Origin: a virus
Lineage: Duplodnaviria > Caudoviricetes
Direction: 5' to 3' (one strand)
IMG/VR virus record: IMGVR_UViG_3300030372_004397
Span: 1-48,070 of that record
Length of the DNA stretch: 48,070 nucleotides
Of the stretch, positions 16,601 through 23,549 are shown in pieces; the stretch's first letter is position 1; each line of letters begins with the position of its first letter. A program made the translations under genes and the position numbers. The notes under the pieces are model-generated. The model made no database searches and had not been told where the DNA came from. It saw nothing but the letters and a program-made list of their open reading frames with translations.

Positions 16601-19130
16601 TCTCTTTTTCAGATTGTAAATCATTATACTGTTTATTTAAAGAGTTTCTTAGTTTTTTTGAAGAATCAGTTTCCTTATCACTAACAGCACCTAACGCCAT
16701 CATTCTTTTATATAATATTCTTTGTCTTCTAACTAAATCAAAAACTTTTTTTGTGTCTTGCTCGTTTAAATCACCAAGTTTATTAAGTACTTTTATATCA
16801 AGTATACTTAATCCATTTTGTATTTCTTTTTGCCTCTTTTTTAATATTTTAGCTTCTTTTTTACTTATACCTATTTCATTGTCTAATAATATAGATTGAT
16901 TTTCTGTCCACTCTTTTAACAAACCTTCCATTTCCACTCTTTCTTCTCTTGTCATAACAGCGCTTCTATACGTGTTACGTATATTTTGAGCTATGCTAGG
17001 ACCACCTATAGCTAAAGTTGTTGCAGCAACGTTAGCTATAAAGTTACCATCAATACCTTCTGTTAAGTCTTTATCCTCGCCTAATACCTCATTGTCTATA
17101 AAATTATGACCCATTAAAGTAAAACTTTCTTCAGCGATTTCAGTTACTGGGCCTTTAACAACAAAATTACCTACGCCTCTTACTAACGATCCTATCGTAA
17201 CAGGACCATACAGTTTAGAAATTTTATTTAAATCATCAAGCCAAGCTAGAGTACCAAGCCGCTCCGCGTAATTAGCTATTAAACCATATGTTGAAGCAGA
17301 AAACAGTCTTTGCCATTGGGTAAAGTTTAAGGCTGACTCTTGATTATCTATTTCTTCATTTATTTTTAAAAGAATATCTGGCGTTATATTAGGATTATTT
17401 TTTTGTCCTTCTAAAAATGATATCATTTCACTAGCGTTTTTTTGCTGTATTTCCATATAAGAAAGTTTTTCACCTCCTTCTACGTTTAAATAAGTCGCAC
17501 CTATTACTTTTCTAGCTTTCTTTTTTCCAATAGCTTTAGCCCAACCAAGATAACTAAGACTTGTTGCTATGGTAAAAGCGTTGTCTCTAAAGTTGTCACT
17601 TAAAAACCTACTAAAATCTTTAAGATCTCCAACTTCATCAAACTTTATAGCCATAGGAACCGTTGTTTCCATTTTTTTATTTAAAGACTCTGTATAGTTT
17701 ATGTGATTGTTGTATTTTTTAATCATAAAGTCTGTAGCTTTAGCATCGTCACCAGCTATAAGCTGAACTGTTTTTGTGCTAAGCCCCATTATAGCGGTAC
17801 CACCTGCGCCAAAAATAGATTTTTCTAAAGCTAATGATACGCCATAACCCCAGTCGTAATTCATATTTAAAGCTTTTAAAGCAGAAACTTTATCATTTAA
17901 TTTTATAGCGTGGTTTTGTAACTTTTTAATACGACCAGCTATTTCATTATTTGATTTTAAAACATCTCTTCTAATCTCTACATCTATATTTTGGTTTTGT
18001 AAAAAAGCGTCTAAGTCTTCAACATTTTTTATACCATAATCAGTATCAAGACTTTTATTAAAACTATCTAAATCTTTAACTAAATTATCTTGAACAGCTT
18101 GCATATATTCACTTTGTGCTTTTATAGCTTGTTCAGTTACATCTTTTCTTTGTTCGTATGGGTTTAGTAAAAATTTATCAGGATTCATTAATACGTTTTC
18201 ATAATACGTGTTTGAAGTTAAAAACTCAGCAGCGTCTTCGTATTTTTTATAATCTGTAGAAAAATCAGTTGTATAAAAACTATCTTCTTCGTCAATATCT
18301 AAAAGCTCGTCTATAGTTTTTAACACTTCTCTTGCCCCTTTTGGATTATTTGGATCGTGATCTCTAACGTATTCCTGTGTTAATCTATTTTGTTCAATTC
18401 TACGGTTTTTTTCTAAAACCTCTTTAAACCCACCAGGTATAATTTCATTATTACTATCGTATTGCAAGTCGTAAGGAATATCTTCTAATTTTAAATCTCC
18501 AGTTTCTAAATATTTTTTATAAAGTTGGTATTTTTTGTTACCAAAGTGGTTTATTAAATCTTCTTCTAAGGTATTTTTATAAAGCACTTCGTCTTTCCCT
18601 TGTTTAGATTCTAATTTTTCGAAACTAGGTATTGCTCCTACTTGTGCTGGATCCTCACCTTGCACAGTTATAACGCTTGACATGCCCTGCGTTGGTCTAT
18701 CCACACCAGTGAAAGTAACAGGCGCGTTAAGAGGATCAATAGCAACTGGTCTATAAAAACTAGATAAATCAAAATATTCACCAATTACGGTGTTTTTAAA
18801 TTTAGAATTATTTTTCCAAGTAACAGACTTATCTATGTTTATTAAGTTTTTAGCAAAGTCTTGTGCGTTTTCAGATTTTTTTATAATTAAATCACCGTCT
18901 TGAGAAACAAAATCTCCAGGTGTAAAAACAAAATCTTTTTTAAATTGAGTTAAATCTGAAGAGTAAATTTTCTCTTTATTTGCAATAATATCATGCACTG
19001 TTGCTTGGTAATCAGGATTTTGCATTTTATTGCTAAAATCTTGAAAACTAGGAACTACTGTAAAATATTTATCTTTATACTCTAAATTTGGATCTGTTAA
19101 AGTTTCAAATAATTTATTTATATCTGCCAT
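10656..19130 (-). CDS. Giant ejected cargo / polyvalent protein with zincin, sigma70-like, PD-(D/E)xK and HAD modules
   Basis: 2824 aa, last of three genes at the podovirus internal-virion-protein position. HEYQH at about aa 990, sigma2-like block, PD...IEYK, DFDDT/LTAR/FADD. Helical C-terminus (AEETQQS.RP...LILAFQNTPMQY). Confidence 0.75.
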   Translation of the reverse strand: MADINKLFETLTDPNLEYKDKYFTVVPSFQDFSNKMQNPDYQATVHDIIANKEKIYSSDLTQFKKDFVFTPGDFVSQDGDLIIKKSENAQDFAKNLINIDKSVTWKNNSKFKNTVIGEYFDLSSFYRPVAIDPLNAPVTFTGVDRPTQGMSSVITVQGEDPAQVGAIPSFEKLESKQGKDEVLYKNTLEEDLINHFGNKKYQLYKKYLETGDLKLEDIPYDLQYDSNNEIIPGGFKEVLEKNRRIEQNRLTQEYVRDHDPNNPKGAREVLKTIDELLDIDEEDSFYTTDFSTDYKKYEDAAEFLTSNTYYENVLMNPDKFLLNPYEQRKDVTEQAIKAQSEYMQAVQDNLVKDLDSFNKSLDTDYGIKNVEDLDAFLQNQNIDVEIRRDVLKSNNEIAGRIKKLQNHAIKLNDKVSALKALNMNYDWGYGVSLALEKSIFGAGGTAIMGLSTKTVQLIAGDDAKATDFMIKKYNNHINYTESLNKKMETTVPMAIKFDEVGDLKDFSRFLSDNFRDNAFTIATSLSYLGWAKAIGKKKARKVIGATYLNVEGGEKLSYMEIQQKNASEMISFLEGQKNNPNITPDILLKINEEIDNQESALNFTQWQRLFSASTYGLIANYAERLGTLAWLDDLNKISKLYGPVTIGSLVRGVGNFVVKGPVTEIAEESFTLMGHNFIDNEVLGEDKDLTEGIDGNFIANVAATTLAIGGPSIAQNIRNTYRSAVMTREERVEMEGLLKEWTENQSILLDNEIGISKKEAKILKKRQKEIQNGLSILDIKVLNKLGDLNEQDTKKVFDLVRRQRILYKRMMALGAVSDKETDSSKKLRNSLNKQYNDLQSEKETLLKSPVSKAEQKLREDGKKLNIEESKAMSHANALGQHMYFNNLMKGMGNNVVAFDGDNALQELDEYLVKKVNDRIITEKEKKQILDNYKTVSTGGVGPAAQQNMLKIGGFGTYVGNDLLVFSNNVRLGLLTDNEVVKADAIRVAVHEYQHRYDIKSGLVKDGKVVASHEKFVLETIKYLEQELKDNPKLLKQVMGRINQYVDIQNLSLTNKKGIDTAELLTLLGTLRGMGVFKSPKNSILYSFKSFLNKIRALKDGENYTLLQINSTQDVLRYIDSFVKKTQQPGAKAQLPPEEEQKEIKEAKGVSPLEAINNLLPINIKTKDDYDTFIADPNRNKVLFNALEDNGAISNYVKSRAVSKEEFDLILQEVTDRIIGLVGDGFNPEAKRADGTIVGRKGFGEYIFANTRFAKLVARKELATKEPTVSIDAKKPTKEGDVGFDIEDTQELSPEEQMIQQEEMSYEDYTAEVSKIIEKIVVSKGDSYEDFKEKIKEGVRKTLGTKLPSIENNRKYKLALQKAYELEFKNLLQEYFDVEKNYNNFVKKYFPVIFNSNVLTKEDLIQIERLQKVKIFATKRRITKPTEVDKLVEKGLLPKTVNRNSGPNLITKLKLSMVEDKNGETAYMRFFNPPAINPKTGKKSGLRGTRKDKLAERVVSKLAYAATMEVQSEQDVRDRMRAISKLQGQQLFENDTERLANILDVDPKVKMSLGTELTGPNLILQVNYLVDAIENNENFYDVIDVEKRKAKINIMGREIDQVVVDHIIEGYEDGLVNPKELKFKIGKKLHTVGHGKFSKNYEESGIKNVIVQSEKLPFVTVLYEDVKESNVEILNSEGKKIIVPNPDVTIVLFKDTPLETHIPIEYKAGNARASHNGASYANFKTGEIIREEKLDKKHEKKIKEALKKVVDKVKAIRKKIKKEIGVDLVDSDTVLNLNQYDKFKALGLKALTNDYSIKVGGDFISNNYNIKGVHYIQAGGIGGFIMGQDVFEMAELGMSPLEGEFILIARLNPVRVTKKINGKKVKIGYRLRVDTEPQFKINSIKSKTNFSFDSSNSISSILNTSFFKAKIKAYNQMLSNTKQSKIISDAVVNSRSAFDKFQAQKQKGKEFVESIRPQLKQSRGITVLDFDDTLATTKSLVKFTAPDGTTGTLNAEQYASTYEDLLDQGYTFDFSDFNKVVKGKLAPLFNKAMKLQDKFGPKNMFVLTARPSAAQKAIFDFLKANGLNIPLKNITGLGNSTAEAKALWIADKVAEGYNDFYFADDALQNVQAVKNMLDQFDVKSKVQQAKVKFSKGINVEFNKILEETKGVDAKKRFSAAKAAKRGAKKGRFNIFIPPSADDFNGLLYYFLGKGKQGEKHMEFFKKALINPLNRAYRELNDARQSVASDYNALKKNYSDVRKKLNKKTPDGDFTYSDAVRVYLWDKFNFDIPGLSKTDQKNLSDLVKKDPELRNFAETLSVISKQKEGYVPPGENWLVEDIRNDLDAATNKIGRKKFFQEFIDNAEIIFSKENLNKIEAIYGSNFREALEDILYRTINGTNRNFGKNRLVNGFMNWINGSIGATMFVNARSAVLQTISMVNFINWSDNNFFKAAKAFANQKQFWADFSMIFNSNMLKQRRSGLKTDINAAELAGYVSKSKEPFKAAISWLLSKGFLPTQIADSFAIAMGGATFYRNRLNSYIKQGYTKAEAEQKAFDDFAEIAEETQQSARPDKISQQQASPLGRLILAFQNTPMQYMRLTKKAALDLVNRRGDIKTNISKIIYYVAVQNLIFGALQSALFAIAFGDDDDKDDEFFKKKKDRVINGSIDTILRGMGIGGAVVATLKNVVRKFREEQEKPKWKQDEYAELLEALQVSPPIGIKARKLVQAKRTYVWDQDVMKEMSILDIDNPIWDAVGNTVEATTNIPLARLHNKVDNIREALNAEHEAWQRVSFGLGWSTWNLGIDGIGVKKIDAIKDEIKRKKMLEKELKNKKKKKTKFKYYNY

Positions 19131-19134
19131 TTAA

Positions 19135-20760
19135 TTAATCTAAAAGTTTTTTAATTTTAAACCCTTTATAAATCGGATCATCTTGTTTTATTCCTAAAAC
19201 AGCTTTAGCTTCTTCATATTTTTCAAGTGGAACAGGCCCAATTCCTGCGACTATATTATTAGCTTCTTGTATAGTCATTTTAGAAGCGCTAGATGTACTT
19301 GCTTTGTAACCAACTGTTTCATCAAAACTAAGATTAAGTCTTAAATCATTTTTAGTTGTATTAACAAATGCTCCTTTATCTGTATCAAACACTTGGTATT
19401 GTCCGTTTTGTTTTCTCCACTTTAAACCGTTCCAAGCTATTTGCGCAGGTATTGTGTTAGGATTTTGATTTAATAATTTTACGTCTTTATCTACTTTGTT
19501 CTTTGGCACATATTGTCCACTTATATAATACGTATTACTTGTCTTTTCTTCACTTCCGCCACTACCTTTTTTCGGAAATTTATCATAATTGTCTTTTGCT
19601 TCATTTTTTAAGAAAGCAACTAAACCTTCAGGACTTTTGCTTAAAGCATATATGTAATTTTTAAAACCTTCTTCACCTTCAAAATCAGCAGGTGTTACTC
19701 CATCTTTACCATCAATATCTCTAGCGTAATTCAATAAAGTGTTTGCTACCTTAGGATTTGATTCTAAAAAAGCTTTAGCAGTGGTTTCGTTTAAACCTTG
19801 TAAATGTTCCCAATAAGTTTCATCAGCTATATCAAACAAGTGTGTTGCTAAGTCTTCTTGATCATTACTAGTTAAACCTTGACCTTCTTTTGTTTTAGCA
19901 TTTTTTAAACGATTAACAAGAGCTGTTTCATCAAAAAAACCTGTTTTAACACCTTCTTTAATAGCATCGTTAATTTCTCCATTATACACTGACCTTAATT
20001 GGCTCTCTACTATCAAGTTTTTAGAAAAATCTTTTACATCAACAGCAAAAGGCGCTAAATCGTTATCTTCACTAGTATATTGTAATTTACCTTCATTATC
20101 AATACCACTTATTACTTTATTACCTTTTTCTAATCTAAATTTTATTTCTCCCTTTTCATTAGCAAACGGCATTAATTGCACACCAACAAACTCATCAGTA
20201 ACTCCATCTTCTTTTGTTAAAGGCCCATAGTTTTCGTTTTGTGCAGCACGAGCAAAAAGCATTGTCATATTTTTTTTACTAGAGTTTTCAGGATCAAAAT
20301 CTTTATACATTGCAGGGCTTAAATTAAAAGCGCTAAAATCTATACCTAAAGAGCCTGCTCTTAATTGATTAGCACTGTTAACAATATTATCTAATTGAGT
20401 TTTACCTAAATCTTTAGTTTCTTTGTTTAAACGTTTATTCTTGCCATCTTCTTTTATTTCATTAATTCTTTGTATTAATGTGGCATCAACATCAGGCATA
20501 CCCATTGTTTGAGTATTTAAAGTTTTTATTCTATCTACCGCTTTGTTTATTAATGGTGTTGCTAACATACCAGCTACCTGACCTATTTGAGCACCTACTT
20601 GGCCAATACTAGCCATTTGTTGGCTATAGCCTTGTGCTATCATACCAAAAGCTTTACTAAGGTTTTGTGGTACAGCGGCCATACCCATTCTAGTCGCAGC
20701 TTGTACTATACTTGGATCCGCCTTACCCGCTAAATTTAATCCTCCTGTTTTTTTTGCCAT
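19135..20760 (-). CDS. Internal virion (ejected) protein
   Basis: 541 aa with a Gly/Ala/Gln/Met-rich N-terminus. Lies between the pilot-like gene and the giant cargo gene. Confidence 0.55.
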   Translation of the reverse strand: MAKKTGGLNLAGKADPSIVQAATRMGMAAVPQNLSKAFGMIAQGYSQQMASIGQVGAQIGQVAGMLATPLINKAVDRIKTLNTQTMGMPDVDATLIQRINEIKEDGKNKRLNKETKDLGKTQLDNIVNSANQLRAGSLGIDFSAFNLSPAMYKDFDPENSSKKNMTMLFARAAQNENYGPLTKEDGVTDEFVGVQLMPFANEKGEIKFRLEKGNKVISGIDNEGKLQYTSEDNDLAPFAVDVKDFSKNLIVESQLRSVYNGEINDAIKEGVKTGFFDETALVNRLKNAKTKEGQGLTSNDQEDLATHLFDIADETYWEHLQGLNETTAKAFLESNPKVANTLLNYARDIDGKDGVTPADFEGEEGFKNYIYALSKSPEGLVAFLKNEAKDNYDKFPKKGSGGSEEKTSNTYYISGQYVPKNKVDKDVKLLNQNPNTIPAQIAWNGLKWRKQNGQYQVFDTDKGAFVNTTKNDLRLNLSFDETVGYKASTSSASKMTIQEANNIVAGIGPVPLEKYEEAKAVLGIKQDDPIYKGFKIKKLLD

Positions 20761-20782
20761 ACTTTTGTTTATTTAAAAATTT

Positions 20783-21457
20783 TTAAGATACTAGTTCTGT
20801 AAGAAAACCACCTGCACCGGCACCACCTGTAGCGATACCACCAGCGATACCACCTATTATTTGACCATACATACCCATTCTAGCTGATTGCATTTGTGAC
20901 ATAGCACCAAATCCTGCCATTTGATTTCCATAAGCAGCTTGTACGCCAGCTTCAGCACCAGCCGCTTGACCATACTCAGAAGCAAGTAAAGTAGATGTTC
21001 TACCAAACTCTGCACTTTGAACAGCAGCCTCACCTTGACGCCTAAGCGTGTCAGCTTGTTGAGCGCCTTGCCTAGCCATTATTTGCGCTCTTCGTTCTTG
21101 TCTACCTATATCAACGCTAACTTGCCTAGCTTGCATAGTAGCTTGATTAGCTAAAGCTTGTGCTAAACCACCTATACCACTAGCGCCAGCAGCACCTCTT
21201 AAACTAGATAATATATTAGCTCTTTGTTGAGCAGCTTGTTCCATTTGAAACTCTGCAGCTTGAGTGTCAACTTGTATGTCTTCATAGAAGTTTTCTACAT
21301 CAGCATAAGGGTTTTGAAAGGTAAATTCTTTATATTCTTTTTTTTGTTGATCAAGAGTTTCTCGTTGAACATTTAATTTTTCCTGCTGCTCCTGCATTTG
21401 TGTTTCAGTAGCCTGCATCATTTGTCGTTCTAAACGTCTTTGTCTTTTTTTTCCCAT
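20783..21457 (-). CDS. DNA pilot / ejection protein
   Basis: Gln/Ala-rich coiled coil with Gly-rich hydrophobic segments (IIGGIAGGIATGGAGAGG). Analogous in position and composition to T7 gp14 / P22 gp7. Confidence 0.65.
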   Translation of the reverse strand: MGKKRQRRLERQMMQATETQMQEQQEKLNVQRETLDQQKKEYKEFTFQNPYADVENFYEDIQVDTQAAEFQMEQAAQQRANILSSLRGAAGASGIGGLAQALANQATMQARQVSVDIGRQERRAQIMARQGAQQADTLRRQGEAAVQSAEFGRTSTLLASEYGQAAGAEAGVQAAYGNQMAGFGAMSQMQSARMGMYGQIIGGIAGGIATGGAGAGGFLTELVS

Positions 21458-21459
21458 AT

Positions 21460-21870
21460 TTATAAATATTTAAAAGCCTCATAGGCTGCTGGCTGCATAT
21501 ACCAGTCTAGTTTTTTATGTATTTGTTGCATAAATCTATTACCACAAACAGTAAATAACTGCACCACTCCAAGCTTTCTAGCTTCTTCTTCTATGCATGT
21601 TATTAAAAGTTCTAATAATTGTCTTCTATTTTTTTCTCTATATTCTGGGTTTGACACAACCCACGTTGGACCATATGCTACTAATGGATTTTCAAATGTA
21701 TATAAAAATCCAGCAGCTACAGGCGTGTTATTGTTTTCTATAATAAAACATGTGCCATCTTGTGGTAGTAACTCTTTTTTAACAGGTATGTCTTTCCACC
21801 ACCACTTCCACCACTTACAACACGTTTCATAATCACCTTCTTTGAATGATCTAAACGTTATATTACTCAT
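21460..21870 (-). CDS. GNAT-fold protein (tail-assembly associated, T7 gp13-like position)
   Basis: Pattern FIIE...PVAAGFLY...WVVSNPEYR...LITCIEEEARKLG. Lies directly before the ejection proteins. Confidence 0.7.
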   Translation of the reverse strand: MSNITFRSFKEGDYETCCKWWKWWWKDIPVKKELLPQDGTCFIIENNNTPVAAGFLYTFENPLVAYGPTWVVSNPEYREKNRRQLLELLITCIEEEARKLGVVQLFTVCGNRFMQQIHKKLDWYMQPAAYEAFKYL

Positions 21871-21923
21871 AATTTAATTTAATTTAACTTGTTCTGTATT
21901 AATATAGTTACAGTTTTTAGCGT

Positions 21924-22283
21924 TTATTTACTACTAGCAGTGACCTCAGAGCTTAAGGCAAACATTTCCGCTTCATGTGTAGAGTTATTTCTTAATCTAA
22001 CTTCAGCAAAATAACCTAACATGCTAGTATTATTTACAATTTTATTTTTTGAAAACATTATAAAGTCTTGAGATACCACGTTTGCCGCGTCTTGGCTTAA
22101 AGTGCTGTCATCTAAAACTATAAAGTCAGTGCCAACGCCAGATACAACACCTATAAATATTGGGTCTACATGATTGTACGTTTGATTAATTGTCGTGATT
22201 GACGTATCCATAGGTATATAATAAGCACTATCTCCAACTTGTAAAGATACATTATTTATTTTTGAGTTAAATTTTATTTGCAT
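21924..22283 (-). CDS. Conserved tail-associated protein
   Basis: 119 aa: NVSLQVGDSAYY...DFIMFSKN...GYFAEV...EMFALSSE. In the tail operon. Confidence 0.55.
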   Translation of the reverse strand: MQIKFNSKINNVSLQVGDSAYYIPMDTSITTINQTYNHVDPIFIGVVSGVGTDFIVLDDSTLSQDAANVVSQDFIMFSKNKIVNNTSMLGYFAEVRLRNNSTHEAEMFALSSEVTASSK

Positions 22284-22285
22284 AA

Positions 22286-23539
22286 TTATGATGCCGCTCC
22301 GGGCGTTATAAAGTTATCTAGTTTTAAAAATATAGTTTTATTAGTAGCTGGAAAAACTAAAATAGAAGTTCCAAAAGCTATTTTTATTTGATCTGAAGAA
22401 CCTGTAAAGGTTAAAATAGTTCCTGTTGTTACTGTAGAAGAGTTATCCATTACTATAACACCATCGGTTCCACTACCATCAAAATCTTCAGTTACAGAGT
22501 TTATATTGTTAGTAGTAGCGTTATTAATACCAAGACCAGTAACAGTAACATGACTACCACCAGACACGCCATAAGTATCAGCAACAGCTATACTAGCACT
22601 AGTAGCTCCAGCTCTAACTGTTTTTGTTAAAGATTTCATTTTAGCCGCTGGTGTTAATGTGTTAAAAGCAATAGTACCTCCAATCGCTTCACTAATAGTT
22701 GTACTTCCAAAAGCTCTAAGCGTTACCGTTTCACCTTCTTCAAAAGCGGTTGAAGTAGAAAAGGTTATTGTTTTTGTAGTTTCATTTATATCTGTAATTG
22801 TTGTCGTAGCTGAAGGCGTAGTTGTTCCTTTGTGATATATAAGCTCCATACCTTCAACTATACCTGTTAAATCAGCTACAGTTATAGTGTTACCGCTAAC
22901 ACCGTCTCCAGCTGGATTTGAAACTATCACTTCTGTTTCTTGATAATACCAATCAGTATCTAATGGCTGTCTAGTTAATCTTAAACCAAAACCGTTAGCA
23001 GAGGTTTTTCTATTATAAACTATATAAGTTGTACTTAAGTCTGTTCTACCGCTAAAATTAGGTGGCGCTGAAACCGTAATGTCTGCAGCTGGTGGATCTT
23101 CTAAATTAGCTGGTGTTGTTGGGTCGCCATAGCTATCGGTGTTTGCTGTATCTAAGTGTAGCGTTACTGTAACATTACCTTGTTGAGTTATAGTTTTATT
23201 AATAACATTATTACCTCCAGAACCTAAACCACTAAGCGTTGTACCTGATTCTAAAGTTGCTATTAAAATAACATTATAAGTAATTGTACCACTAATAGCT
23301 GGAAACAAAATAAATCCTTTTTCGTTTGCAGAAACTAAAGTTTTTCTTAACACGTTTTCTGAGTCAAAAACATTTGCAGCTGTAAAAGTATTACTTTTAA
23401 AATTGTAAAATTTATTTTCACTACTAACTATTTGTAATATAAACTCAGAACCAATATCACCACCTATATTAAAAGCTCTTTTTGTTGCAGATCCTGATAT
23501 ATTACTTTCATCAATACTAAAATTTGTTATTCGTGCCAT
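22286..23539 (-). CDS. Beta-rich tail or appendage structural protein
   Basis: 417 aa, Thr-rich, with two small barrel-like repeats (ITVADLTGIVEGMEL; IAVADTYGVSGGSHVT). Confidence 0.55.
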   Translation of the reverse strand: MARITNFSIDESNISGSATKRAFNIGGDIGSEFILQIVSSENKFYNFKSNTFTAANVFDSENVLRKTLVSANEKGFILFPAISGTITYNVILIATLESGTTLSGLGSGGNNVINKTITQQGNVTVTLHLDTANTDSYGDPTTPANLEDPPAADITVSAPPNFSGRTDLSTTYIVYNRKTSANGFGLRLTRQPLDTDWYYQETEVIVSNPAGDGVSGNTITVADLTGIVEGMELIYHKGTTTPSATTTITDINETTKTITFSTSTAFEEGETVTLRAFGSTTISEAIGGTIAFNTLTPAAKMKSLTKTVRAGATSASIAVADTYGVSGGSHVTVTGLGINNATTNNINSVTEDFDGSGTDGVIVMDNSSTVTTGTILTFTGSSDQIKIAFGTSILVFPATNKTIFLKLDNFITPGAAS

Positions 23540-23549
23540 ATTTTATTTT

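Noticed and set aside
11848-16899. Several plus-strand ORFs of 75-127 aa inside the giant cargo gene
   Set aside because: Leu/Phe/Ser-rich antisense shadows of a Lys/Glu-rich gene, with no leaders.
19690-19725. RDIDGKDG in the 541-aa cargo protein as a polymerase motif
   Set aside because: Spacing does not fit DxDGD. At most this is an EF-hand-like loop.
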